From positions 2,388 to 66,387 of the forward strand of contig JBAXQC010000006.1 in NCBI GenBank assembly GCA_037131955.1: a stretch of 64,000 nucleotides of DNA. The letters run 5' to 3'. The translations under genes were made by a program, and so were the position numbers. Position 1 is the first letter of the stretch, and each line of letters starts with the position of its first letter. The stretch comes from Bacteroidota bacterium. GTDB taxonomy: Bacteria > Bacteroidota > Bacteroidia > UBA4408. The notes beneath the pieces were generated by a model that searched no databases, was not told the DNA's origin, and saw only the letters and a list, made by a program, of their open reading frames with translations. Shown piece by piece: positions 19,863 through 29,931 of the stretch.

Positions 19863-20519
19863 TTAATTAATTACCATTTCAGGAATTTCACCTTCAACAA
19901 TTAGTTTACCCAATGTTGCATTTTTAATTTGCTCTACACTAATTCCAGGAGCTCTTTCTAATAACTTAAAACTGCCATTTACAATTTCTATAACCGCTAA
20001 TTCGGTAACTATTTTTTTTACACATTTAACGCCTGTTAGAGGAAGAGTACATTTAGGCAATAGTTTAGATTCGCCTGCTTTGTTTACATGCTGCATGGCA
20101 ACAATAATATTTTTTGCACTTGCCACTAAATCCATTGCGCCACCCATTCCTTTTACCATTTTACCAGGAATTTTCCAATTTGCTATATCGCCTTCTTGGC
20201 TTACTTCCATTGCTCCCAGCACTGTAAGCTGAACATGTTCGCCACGAATCATTCCAAAACTTGCGGCCGAATCAAAAAATGATGAACCGGGAATAGTAGT
20301 TATTGTTTGCTTTCCTGCATTTATTAAATCCGGATCAACCTCATCTTCGTAAGGGAAAGGTCCCATACCCAACAAACCATTTTCGCTTTGCAAAACAACA
20401 TTTATTCCGTGTGGGATGTAGTTTGCTACTAATGTGGGAATTCCAATTCCTAAATTAACATAAAATCCTTCTTGTAATTCTTGTGCAATTCGTTTAGCAA
20501 TTCCATTTTTGTCTAGCAT
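19863..20519 (-). CDS. scoB: 3-oxoacid CoA-transferase subunit B
   Basis: 218 aa. [23 protein letters not shown], catalytic-Glu region ...SENG..., GAMDLV. Typical ScoB/AtoA beta subunit. No A subunit gene adjacent. Confidence 0.85.
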   Translation of the reverse strand: MLDKNGIAKRIAQELQEGFYVNLGIGIPTLVANYIPHGINVVLQSENGLLGMGPFPYEDEVDPDLINAGKQTITTIPGSSFFDSAASFGMIRGEHVQLTVLGAMEVSQEGDIANWKIPGKMVKGMGGAMDLVASAKNIIVAMQHVNKAGESKLLPKCTLPLTGVKCVKKIVTELAVIEIVNGSFKLLERAPGISVEQIKNATLGKLIVEGEIPEMVIN

Positions 20520-20552
20520 TTTTTTGATGTTTTTACAAATATAAATTATTTA

Positions 20553-21788
20553 TCAATTCAATAAATTTTGATTTTGCCTATTCACAATTCCAAGTGTAGA
20601 TTGGTTGGGGATAGAATAAATTACTTGGCTTGAAGTTTTTTCTATGTTGTCTTCTTGCTTGTTCAATAATTTCTTAACCAAAGAATATACTTCTTGGGTT
20701 GAAATTAATTTCATGCACACATTGTTACCGTTGCAAGGTGCAACTTCAAAATCATGCACACAAGGGCTGCAATAAACTTGTTTGTAAATTATATAAGATT
20801 TTGAGCTTTTGCCATATTGCTCCGGAGAGCAAGGGCCAAACAAGCAAACAATGGGAGTGTTAGTTGCAAAGGCCAAGTGCATAGGACCAGTATCATTACT
20901 AATCATAAGTGTTGCATTTTTTATAATTGCTATTAATTCCTCTAAACTAGTAGACCCTGCAGTATTTATTACTCTTTTGTTTGCAATTATTTGATTAATA
21001 TTTTCTGTGTATTCATACTCATTTTTACTTCCAATCAAAATAATTTCATAGTCTTCAAAATCATTTAAAAGGTTATTTATGAGTGATACAAAATTACTGG
21101 AATCCCACCTTCTCTCTAACCTTAAATCAGAAGCATTTGGGTTGATAACAATATATTTTGATGAAATATAATTTGGCAAAGAATTTATTTCGCTAAAGCT
21201 GTAAAGTTCAGAATTTTGGGTATCGCAATTTAAGAGTTTTGCAATTTGCAGGTATACATTTGCTATAGGTAATTTAGAATTAAAAAACATCATGTGAGTA
21301 TAAATTCCCATTCTAAAAGAGCTAGACCTTAAATAAAATCCTATTCTGTTTTTTGATAAGGTAAACAAGGTAAATAATGTGCTAAAGTCTGAGTAGATTT
21401 CTAAATCAATAAAAACTTGAGGTCTTATCTTTATCAACGAAAGTAAAGCTTTGGTGCAACTGTATGCAAATGCAAAAAGACCTTTATCGTTAAGCAAAAT
21501 TATTTTGTTGATAGGTTTAATGGTCTCAAGAATTTTTTTGTTGGCAACAGTACTTACAAATATTATTTGAGCATTAGGATATTTTTTCCTTAGAGCATCA
21601 ATCATTGGTGTAGCCTGAACAATGCTTCCCATGCCTTTGAATTTGCATATTGCAATTGTTCTAAAATCTCTGTCTAAATTGTGATCAATAAATAAAATTT
21701 TACCCAGAAATCGTACAAAAAAATTTAAAATGTAAGCAAAAGGTTTTGCTAAAAATTTGTCTAAAAAAAGTTGGCTTTTGGTATTCAA
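20553..21788 (-). CDS. Glycosyltransferase family 9 (LPS heptosyltransferase-like)
   Basis: 411 aa. C-terminal GT9 motif ...ISNDTGPMHLAFATNTPIVCLFGP. N-terminal Rossmann-like half typical of RfaF/RfaC-type enzymes. 4-nt overlap with the upstream membrane protein gene. Confidence 0.75.
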   Translation of the reverse strand: MNTKSQLFLDKFLAKPFAYILNFFVRFLGKILFIDHNLDRDFRTIAICKFKGMGSIVQATPMIDALRKKYPNAQIIFVSTVANKKILETIKPINKIILLNDKGLFAFAYSCTKALLSLIKIRPQVFIDLEIYSDFSTLFTLFTLSKNRIGFYLRSSSFRMGIYTHMMFFNSKLPIANVYLQIAKLLNCDTQNSELYSFSEINSLPNYISSKYIVINPNASDLRLERRWDSSNFVSLINNLLNDFEDYEIILIGSKNEYEYTENINQIIANKRVINTAGSTSLEELIAIIKNATLMISNDTGPMHLAFATNTPIVCLFGPCSPEQYGKSSKSYIIYKQVYCSPCVHDFEVAPCNGNNVCMKLISTQEVYSLVKKLLNKQEDNIEKTSSQVIYSIPNQSTLGIVNRQNQNLLN

Positions 21789-24634
21789 AATCTATTGTCG
21801 TAATAAAATTCTATTTTTTCTATCATAGCACCTTTTTCACTTTCAACAACTATATGATCAGGTTTTTTTGCATGCCAAAGATAATGATTGCTTAATCTTA
21901 CCATGTAGCATTTGGATTTTTTGTCTGTTTCAAAATCTGTTTCAGATACAAATGAATAATCTTTCTTTAAAATAAGTTTTACATTTTTTTTCCCATCATT
22001 ACACGTAACAAAAACTTTTGCAAAAACACCTTTGGAATAATCAATATTTTTAGGCAAATAAAAATAAGAGAAGTTAAACTCTTTATTGTAATTAGAGCCG
22101 GAAGAGCCAATTAGTTTAAGCCCTTTAAAATCTATATTGTTAAAATAATCATTAATTAATTTGGCGGTTTGTTTATAATGGTGGGTTTGTGTTTTATTAC
22201 TAACAGTATCGCAAGGGAAATCTAAATTATTTAAATTTAATTTTTTATCAATCCAAATGCATTTATTGTCAATTATTGAAAAGGGTTTGTAATTTTTATA
22301 AATATATTCTGCTATTAAATATTGTCTCATACTGTTTGGAACTCCATCTGTTTCATCAAACCAATTTTTAGGATAATTTGAGTAAACTACAATGGGTGTA
22401 TTTTGTGTATTTACTTTTTTTAGTAACAACAATTGTAAATAATCATCAATGCTATTTTGTAGAGGCTGACAAAAATATCCAGGTACTTTTCTTTCTGTAA
22501 AAAAATACAGCATGGGAGTATTAGAAAAATCTAAAAAACTTTGATTGTTGTTAAACTTAGTATCTAATAAATTTTTAAACTTGGTAAATGAATTTCCTTC
22601 AGAAATAATCCTTCCTTTGTAATTGGCTGCATCAAAATTTAAGTCTATGTTTTTAAGTGTGCTGGCGGTTAATAAATTTTCAGAAAGAGTGGTGCTTTTA
22701 TCAATTCCAAAATATTTTAATGATACTAAAAGAATGAACGATAAGAAACTCAACAAAATGAATTTAATAGAGGGACGTTCAGTATTAAATAGCGAAATAA
22801 AAAATAAACTTAGTGCGATAAAAAAAGTGGAAACTAAAAAATGTTCAGAGCCCTCAAAAAAGCTATGCCTAACTAATCCTCGTTGAAAATTGCTCAAGCA
22901 AATTAGAAACAAAAAAATAGAAGCGGTAAGAATGAGTTGTCTTTCTTGTGATAATGATTGTTTGTTTAATCTTAGAATCATAGTGCAAAAAACTATACAG
23001 CACAAACATATAAATGGCAATAAAAAATGATAAAAGTAAAATCTCGTGTCAAAATTATTTGCAATTTTTGAATAACCATGAGCTTGATTTTCTCTTATAT
23101 AATGTAGGGCACTAATAAAGTTGTCTTTAATAAAATTAATGTCTCTTATAGCAGTTGCAGCAAGTATTAGAAATAGAATTAAGATTACAAAACCAATTAA
23201 TCCTCTTAAAAGATTTTTATAATTTACAATGGTTTTGTTTGAATAGAAAAGAATGGGAAGAAAAAATAGTGTTGTAAAAAGAGTTGCAATTCCAGTGTCT
23301 AAACGCCAAATGAGTAATAGGAAAATTACAGAAAAAGAAACAAAGTAAGAAAGTACAGTTTGATAGGTAGTTAGCTTATATAATGCTGCAAAAGCAATAA
23401 TTGAAAAAAAAATTGAATCAGAAAATAACATTCCAACAAGTGGAAAAAATGCTAGAAATAAAAACGCTAGTACACTGTTTTTAAAAACGTTTTTCAAGAA
23501 CCATAATGCCAAAAAGTAAAATAAAATGTCAGCAAGAAAAAAGTAGGAAGTAAATTCTAAAGTAGAGGAATAGCCAAATAATAGAAAGTAAATCCAGCTA
23601 AAAAATTGTTCCGAAATCATGTGAGAAGACATGAAGTCTATCAATGGAATTTCATGAAATTTATATACTCTTAAGGCAGCATTAGCAGGATTAGCTAATT
23701 CAAAAACATCGTTAGAAAAGCCAATAAAAGGTTTATAAACTGTTAAAAGCAAAAAACCTAAAAGCGAAAGTGGAGCAAGGTATTTGTTTAACAAATACTG
23801 ACTAGATTTTACTTTATTTCTTCTTTTTTGATAAATAATAAATATAAGAGACAGCAAGATTAACAAGCTTAAGAATAAATACTTATAGCGAATAAAATTA
23901 TTGAATCTTGAAAAATAAAAGAACTGAAATTCTATTGCAAAAAATATCAGTAAAGGAATAAATGCTAAAACAATATTTATTGAAAAAATCTTTCTGAAAT
24001 TAATGCCAAGAACACTTTTACAAACTGTTGCAAGTATTAAAAACAAAAATAATGAAGAGTAAAAAACCACTTGAAATTGACTTAATAATTTAGTGTTTGA
24101 ATTGGCAAGAAATAGTATTCCTAAGCTTATTAAAAAACTGCAAATAGCAACAGTTGAAAAAAAAGTAGAATTGTATAAATATCTTAATTTCTGGTATTTT
24201 TTCCCAAGTAATAGGAGAACTATTGAAATACTATTTAAGAAGGCAACAAAAAGAATTGACTTGCTATTCTCAAGTCCAATTAAATTAGAAAAAATCAAGA
24301 GTAAACCAATGGAAGAAATAACAAAAGTTACTTGCAAAGAATTCCTACTTAAAATTAATTTATCGTTTAGTATTACAATTGCAAAATAGAATAAAAATAT
24401 ACTTGTAGAAGCAAATAGTAAGATTTTGTAATAGATACTAACTCTTCCCGAAACATCAACATTATCTTGTGTTGCCTGACTTATTATTAAGCTATTTGGA
24501 GTGTAATCAAATGCCGAAAAATCACTAAAAATTAGGTGTGAAAGAAAAATTCCCCAGAACAAAGAAATAATGAAAATTTCTATTTTTTTTGTTGAAAATT
24601 TATAATTAAAAAATAACTGTGATGCAATATTCAA
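21785..24634 (-). CDS. Large polytopic membrane protein (putative GT-C-like glycosyltransferase / envelope polymer assembly protein) with C-terminal soluble domain
   Basis: 949 aa. About 18-20 predicted TM helices over the first ~620 aa, then a ~330-aa hydrophilic domain. Translationally coupled to the GT9 gene. Confidence 0.5.
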   Translation of the reverse strand: MNIASQLFFNYKFSTKKIEIFIISLFWGIFLSHLIFSDFSAFDYTPNSLIISQATQDNVDVSGRVSIYYKILLFASTSIFLFYFAIVILNDKLILSRNSLQVTFVISSIGLLLIFSNLIGLENSKSILFVAFLNSISIVLLLLGKKYQKLRYLYNSTFFSTVAICSFLISLGILFLANSNTKLLSQFQVVFYSSLFLFLILATVCKSVLGINFRKIFSINIVLAFIPLLIFFAIEFQFFYFSRFNNFIRYKYLFLSLLILLSLIFIIYQKRRNKVKSSQYLLNKYLAPLSLLGFLLLTVYKPFIGFSNDVFELANPANAALRVYKFHEIPLIDFMSSHMISEQFFSWIYFLLFGYSSTLEFTSYFFLADILFYFLALWFLKNVFKNSVLAFLFLAFFPLVGMLFSDSIFFSIIAFAALYKLTTYQTVLSYFVSFSVIFLLLIWRLDTGIATLFTTLFFLPILFYSNKTIVNYKNLLRGLIGFVILILFLILAATAIRDINFIKDNFISALHYIRENQAHGYSKIANNFDTRFYFYHFLLPFICLCCIVFCTMILRLNKQSLSQERQLILTASIFLFLICLSNFQRGLVRHSFFEGSEHFLVSTFFIALSLFFISLFNTERPSIKFILLSFLSFILLVSLKYFGIDKSTTLSENLLTASTLKNIDLNFDAANYKGRIISEGNSFTKFKNLLDTKFNNNQSFLDFSNTPMLYFFTERKVPGYFCQPLQNSIDDYLQLLLLKKVNTQNTPIVVYSNYPKNWFDETDGVPNSMRQYLIAEYIYKNYKPFSIIDNKCIWIDKKLNLNNLDFPCDTVSNKTQTHHYKQTAKLINDYFNNIDFKGLKLIGSSGSNYNKEFNFSYFYLPKNIDYSKGVFAKVFVTCNDGKKNVKLILKKDYSFVSETDFETDKKSKCYMVRLSNHYLWHAKKPDHIVVESEKGAMIEKIEFYYDNRF

Positions 24635-24841
24635 ATTTAAATTTCTGATAAGTAGGTCAACAAATGTAAAAGAAATTAAAATAATTAGTTAAATGTAATT
24701 TACTTAAACTTATTGTTGAATGTTAACTCAAAACTAGAGCCAATATTTATTTTTAATGTTTAAAAAAATTAAAATAGTTGATGTAAAACTAAAAATCGAA
24801 AAAAAATCGGTTATCTTAGCACCAATTTGACACAAAAATAA

Positions 24842-27583
24842 ATGGATAAATTTTCCTACTTAAGCAACGGACATACTGCTGCAATCGATGATTTGTATAA
24901 CCAATATACATCTAATCCTAATTCAATAGAAAAAGATTGGCAAAAGTTTTTTGAAGGATTTGAATTTGCAAGAACAAATTTTTCAGAGCTACCATCTTCT
25001 TTAGGCTCCTCTTCTTTAACTGTTCCTGAGAATATTAAAAAAGAGTTTGCAGTATTAAATCTTATAAATCTCTACCGCAGTTCAGGACACTTATACACAG
25101 AAACTAACCCTGTTAGAAAAAGAAGGCAGTATACTCCAACTTTAGATGACATACATTTAATTGGATTGAGTGAAAATGATATGGAAACTGTATTTGAAGC
25201 AGGCAATGAAATTGGTCTTGGCCCAAGAAAGTTAAAAGACATAATATCATTTCTTAAAATTACATATTGCCGCACAGTAGGTGTAGAATATAAATACATA
25301 AGAAACGGTAAGGTTTCTGATTGGTTGCAAAGTAAAATGGAGAGTTGTCAAAATTTACCAAATTTGACATTGGATGAGAAAAAACATCTTTTAAATAAAA
25401 TTAGCAAAGCAGTATTATTTGAAAATTTTTTGCACACAAAATTTGTTGGACAAAAAAGATTTTCGCTAGAAGGAGCAGAAGCACTTATACCTGCATTGGA
25501 TGCAGTAATTGAAAAAGGTGCTTCTTTAGGTTTAGAAGAATTTGTTATTGGCATGGCTCATCGTGGAAGATTAAATGTTCTTGCCAATATTATGAATAAA
25601 ACATACGAGGATATTTTTAATGAATTTGAAGGGAAAGAATACGAGTTAGCGCTCTTTGATGGAGATGTTAAATATCATTTAGGCTACTCAACAAATATTA
25701 TTACCAAAGAAGGAAAAAAAATTCATTTAAGTTTAACTCCCAATCCATCGCACCTGGAGACAGTTGCAAGTGTAGTTCAAGGCATATCAAGAGCAAAAAT
25801 AGACAATGTTTACAAAGGGGATTTTTCAAAATTAGCTCCTATTATTATCCACGGAGATGCCGCAGTAGCCGGCCAAGGAATAGTTTATGAACTTATTCAA
25901 ATGTCTAAATTAGATGGATATAAAACAGGTGGAACTATCCATTTAGTTATAAACAATCAAATAGGATTTACTACAAATTATCTCGACGCAAGGTCTTCTA
26001 CCTATTGCACAGATATTGCCAAAGTTGTGTTGTCTCCAGTTTTTCATGTTAACGGAGATGATGTAGAAGGACTAGTTTATGCAATTAAATTAGCAATGGA
26101 ATTTCGTCAAAAATTTGAACGAGATGTTTTTATTGATTTGCTCTGTTACAGAAAGTACGGACACAACGAAGGAGACGAACCTCGTTTCACGCAGCCATTA
26201 CTCTACAAAGCAATTGAAAAACATCCCAATCCAAGAGAAATCTATCTAAAAAAATTGATTAGCGAAGGAGTTGTTACTGATACCGAAGCAAAAGAAATTG
26301 ACAAAGAATTTAAATCAACTCTTCAAGACAGATTAGACTTTGCAAAACAAATTAGAAAAACAAAAATTACTTCTTTTTTAGAAGGTGTATGGAAAGGAAT
26401 AAAAGTAACAGATGAAAAAGACTTTGAAGAATCTATCGACACATCTGTAAATGCTGAACTTTTTAAAGAATTAGTCGCTAAAACATCAACTCTTCCTAAA
26501 GACAAACACTTTTTTGTAAAAATTCTAAAGCTGTTTAAAGAAAGGGCAGAAATGAACAATACCAATTCTTACGATTGGGCAACAGGCGAATTAATGGCCT
26601 ATGCAACACTGCTCTTAGAAGGGCATGCGGTTAGGCTAAGCGGGCAAGATGTAGAAAGAGGAACTTTTTCTCACCGCCATGCAGTTGTAAAAATGGACGA
26701 GTCTGAAGAAGAATACATTCCACTTTCAAACTTATCCAATACACAAGCACCTTTTTATGTCTACAACAGTTTGTTATCAGAATACGGAGTTTTAGGTTTT
26801 GATTATGGCTATGCAATGGCATCTCCAAACACATTAACAATTTGGGAGGCTCAATTTGGTGATTTTAATAATGGTGCCCAAATTATCATTGACCAATATT
26901 TGAGCAGCGCAGAAGATAAATGGAGAAGAATGAATGGAATTTGTTTATTTCTTCCTCACGGTTACGAGGGTCAGGGTAGCGAACACAGCAGCGCAAGAAT
27001 GGAAAGATTTTTAGTGCTTTGCGCAGAGTATAATATGTACGTTGTTAACATTACAACTCCTGCAAATTTCTTTCATGTACTTAGAAGGCAATTAAAAAAT
27101 AATTTTAGAAAACCACTCATCGCCTTCACACCCAAAAGCCTGCTTCGTCATCCAAAATGTGTTTCAAAATTAGAGGAATTTTCTTCGCAAAAATTTAAAG
27201 AGGTAATTGATGATACTTTTATTATTTCTAAGGATGTAAAAAGAATTCTTTTTTGTACAGGTAAAATTTATTACGATTTAAACGACTACAGAATTTTAAA
27301 TAAAATTAATAATGTAGCTATTGTAAGGATTGAGCAACTTTATCCTTTTCCATTAAACCAAGTGAATAAACTTTTTGAAAAATATTCTAAAGCAACAGAA
27401 TTTACTTGGGTGCAAGAAGAGCCAGAGAATATGGGAGCTTGGCCATATTTACATAGAACATTAAAATCAATAAAGCTTAATGTTATTGCCAGAGAAGAAA
27501 GTGCCTCGCCAGCAACTGGTTCACCTAAAATGCATGCTGCACAGCAAAAAAGTATCGTAGAAAATTCATTCGATAATTTATAA
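24842..27583 (+). CDS. sucA: 2-oxoglutarate dehydrogenase E1 component
   Basis: 913 aa. ThDP-binding region ...IIHGDAAVAGQGIVYE..., ...FLPHGYEGQGSEHSSARMERFLVLCAEYNM..., N-terminal E1_N region. Full-length SucA collinearity. Confidence 0.95.
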   Translation: MDKFSYLSNGHTAAIDDLYNQYTSNPNSIEKDWQKFFEGFEFARTNFSELPSSLGSSSLTVPENIKKEFAVLNLINLYRSSGHLYTETNPVRKRRQYTPTLDDIHLIGLSENDMETVFEAGNEIGLGPRKLKDIISFLKITYCRTVGVEYKYIRNGKVSDWLQSKMESCQNLPNLTLDEKKHLLNKISKAVLFENFLHTKFVGQKRFSLEGAEALIPALDAVIEKGASLGLEEFVIGMAHRGRLNVLANIMNKTYEDIFNEFEGKEYELALFDGDVKYHLGYSTNIITKEGKKIHLSLTPNPSHLETVASVVQGISRAKIDNVYKGDFSKLAPIIIHGDAAVAGQGIVYELIQMSKLDGYKTGGTIHLVINNQIGFTTNYLDARSSTYCTDIAKVVLSPVFHVNGDDVEGLVYAIKLAMEFRQKFERDVFIDLLCYRKYGHNEGDEPRFTQPLLYKAIEKHPNPREIYLKKLISEGVVTDTEAKEIDKEFKSTLQDRLDFAKQIRKTKITSFLEGVWKGIKVTDEKDFEESIDTSVNAELFKELVAKTSTLPKDKHFFVKILKLFKERAEMNNTNSYDWATGELMAYATLLLEGHAVRLSGQDVERGTFSHRHAVVKMDESEEEYIPLSNLSNTQAPFYVYNSLLSEYGVLGFDYGYAMASPNTLTIWEAQFGDFNNGAQIIIDQYLSSAEDKWRRMNGICLFLPHGYEGQGSEHSSARMERFLVLCAEYNMYVVNITTPANFFHVLRRQLKNNFRKPLIAFTPKSLLRHPKCVSKLEEFSSQKFKEVIDDTFIISKDVKRILFCTGKIYYDLNDYRILNKINNVAIVRIEQLYPFPLNQVNKLFEKYSKATEFTWVQEEPENMGAWPYLHRTLKSIKLNVIAREESASPATGSPKMHAAQQKSIVENSFDNL

Positions 27584-27590
27584 TTGCAAT

Positions 27591-28010
27591 ATGCTTAAAT
27601 GTACTTTTTGTTTCTTTATTTCTATTTCTTTTTTTTCAATCAATTGCTTTTCACAACATTTTGGAAAATTAGAAATCTCTGCAGAATCTAAAGTAACAAA
27701 ACTTTTTGAGAGATATCTCGAAGAAAACAAGAAGAATCAAACAATTGATGGTTTTAGAGTGCAAATTCATTTTGGAAACGACAGAGAAAAGGCAAAAGAA
27801 ATAAAAACTAAATTTTTAACTCTTTACCCTCAAATTGAGGCTTACGAAAGCTATCAACAACCAAATTTTAGAATTAGAACTGGTGATTTTAGAACTAGAT
27901 ACGAAGCAGTAAAATTTCAAAAACTAATTGCAGCAAATTTTCCAAGTTCCTACATCGTTTCTGACAACATAAAGTTGCCAATTTTAAATAACTTATCAAA
28001 ACAAGAATAG
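27591..28010 (+). CDS. SPOR-domain (peptidoglycan-binding) secreted protein
   Basis: 139 aa. Signal peptide, then a SPOR-like segment GFRVQIHFGNDREKAKEIKTKF...PNFRIRTGDFRTRYEAVKFQKLI. Wedged between sucA and acs with 7 and 11 bp gaps. Confidence 0.6.
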   Translation: MLKCTFCFFISISFFSINCFSQHFGKLEISAESKVTKLFERYLEENKKNQTIDGFRVQIHFGNDREKAKEIKTKFLTLYPQIEAYESYQQPNFRIRTGDFRTRYEAVKFQKLIAANFPSSYIVSDNIKLPILNNLSKQE

Positions 28011-28021
28011 AAAAAGTTTTT

Positions 28022-29923
28022 ATGATAAATAAAATTCCAAATTCCTTTCTTGAGTATCAAAAAATCTATAAAGATTCTATAGATGCACCTGAAAAGTTTT
28101 GGGAAGAAATTGCTGATAGTTTTATTTGGAGAAAAAAGTGGGATAAAACATTGGAATGGAATTTTAAAACTGCCCAAACCAACTGGTTTTTAAATGGAAA
28201 ACTAAACATTACTGAGAATTGTTTAGACAGAAATCTTAAAGAAAATGGAGATAAAATTGCTTTTTATTTCGAAGAAAACGAGGATACTCCATCTTTAAAA
28301 TCAATTACCTACAATGAATTATTTGAGCAGGTTTGTCAGCTTTCAAATTATCTAAAATCTATTGGAATTAACAAAGGAGATAAGGTGTGTTTATACATGC
28401 CAATGATACCTGAATTGGCTATTAGCGTATTAGCGTGTGCAAGAATTGGAGCAGTCCATTCAGTAATTTTTGGTGGATTTTCTGCAACTGCAATCTCCGA
28501 CAGAATTCAAGATTGTGATGCAAAATTAGTAATCACCACAGATGGTGCATACCGAGGAAATAAAACAATTCCAATGAAATCTACTGTTGATGAAGCCTTG
28601 GAATTGTGCCCCGGTGTAACTAATGTTTTGGTAAAAAAGAGAACCTCAAGCACAATTGATATTAAACCAGGAAGAGATTTTTGGTGGGATCAAGAAGTCT
28701 CAAAAAAGGAAAAGTTTTGCGAGGCAACCGAAATGGATTCAGAAGATCCATTGTTTATTTTATACACAAGCGGAAGTACCGGTAAACCTAAAGGTGTAGT
28801 GCACACATGTGGAGGTTATATGATTTACACCGCATATACATTTGCCACGGTTTTTCAATACAAGCAAAATGAAGTTTTTTGGTGTACTGCAGATATCGGT
28901 TGGATAACCGGACACTCATATATTGTTTATGCTCCTTTATTGAATGCAGCTACATCCATACTTTTTGAAGGTGTTCCCACATATCCCGATGCAGGAAGAT
29001 TTTGGAAAATAGTTGAAAAATATAAAGTAAATATTTTTTACACTGCACCAACTGCAATTAGAGCATTAGAAGCATGCGGAATAGAATTCATAAAGCCATA
29101 CGATTTAAGTTCACTAAGAGTATTGGGTTCGGTGGGCGAACCAATAAATGTAGAAGCTTGGGAATGGTACAATACAAATATTGGAAAAAATAATTGCCCA
29201 ATAGTTGATACATGGTGGCAAACAGAAACTGGCGGAATATTAATTTCGCCAATTGCTGGTATAACAAAAACAAAGCCTGGATTTGCAACTTTACCTTTGC
29301 CCGGTGTACAGCCAATTTTAGTAGATGAAAACGGAAATGAAATTTTGGGAAACAATGTTGAAGGGAATTTGTGCATTAAGTTTCCTTGGCCTTCAATTAT
29401 CAGAACAACTTATGGCGATCATGAAAGGTGCAGAAGTACCTATTTTTCTACTTATAAAAATTTGTATTTCACCGGAGATGGCTGTAGAAGAGACCAAGAT
29501 GGCTATTACAGAATAACGGGTAGGGTTGACGATGTTATGAATATTTCTGGACATAGAATAGGTACTGCCGAAGTAGAAAGTGCTATTAACATGCACCCCG
29601 ATATTGTAGAAAGTGCAGTTGTTGGTTATCCACACGATATAAAAGGACAAGGAATTTACGCTTATGTAATTTGCACCAACAGTGAAAAAAATGTAGAAAC
29701 TTTAAAAAGAGAAATTTTAGCAGAAGTTACAAAATTTATTGGGCCAATAGCAAAGCCTGATAAAATTCAACTTGTAACTGGTTTGCCAAAAACAAGGTCA
29801 GGAAAAATCATGCGAAGAATACTAAGAAAAATTGCAGAGGGAGAAACACAAAGTTTAGGTGACACATCTACACTTTTAGATCCTTCGGTGGTTGAACAAA
29901 TTATATTTGGTGCAGTAAAATAA
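28022..29923 (+). CDS. acs: Acetyl-coenzyme A synthetase (acetate--CoA ligase)
   Basis: 633 aa. AMP-binding motif ILYTSGSTGKPKGVVH, YWCTADIGWITGHSY, ...DTWWQTETGG..., C-terminal PKTRSGKIMRRILRKIA with the acetylatable Lys. Confidence 0.95.
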   Translation: MINKIPNSFLEYQKIYKDSIDAPEKFWEEIADSFIWRKKWDKTLEWNFKTAQTNWFLNGKLNITENCLDRNLKENGDKIAFYFEENEDTPSLKSITYNELFEQVCQLSNYLKSIGINKGDKVCLYMPMIPELAISVLACARIGAVHSVIFGGFSATAISDRIQDCDAKLVITTDGAYRGNKTIPMKSTVDEALELCPGVTNVLVKKRTSSTIDIKPGRDFWWDQEVSKKEKFCEATEMDSEDPLFILYTSGSTGKPKGVVHTCGGYMIYTAYTFATVFQYKQNEVFWCTADIGWITGHSYIVYAPLLNAATSILFEGVPTYPDAGRFWKIVEKYKVNIFYTAPTAIRALEACGIEFIKPYDLSSLRVLGSVGEPINVEAWEWYNTNIGKNNCPIVDTWWQTETGGILISPIAGITKTKPGFATLPLPGVQPILVDENGNEILGNNVEGNLCIKFPWPSIIRTTYGDHERCRSTYFSTYKNLYFTGDGCRRDQDGYYRITGRVDDVMNISGHRIGTAEVESAINMHPDIVESAVVGYPHDIKGQGIYAYVICTNSEKNVETLKREILAEVTKFIGPIAKPDKIQLVTGLPKTRSGKIMRRILRKIAEGETQSLGDTSTLLDPSVVEQIIFGAVK

Positions 29924-29931
29924 ATTTAAAA

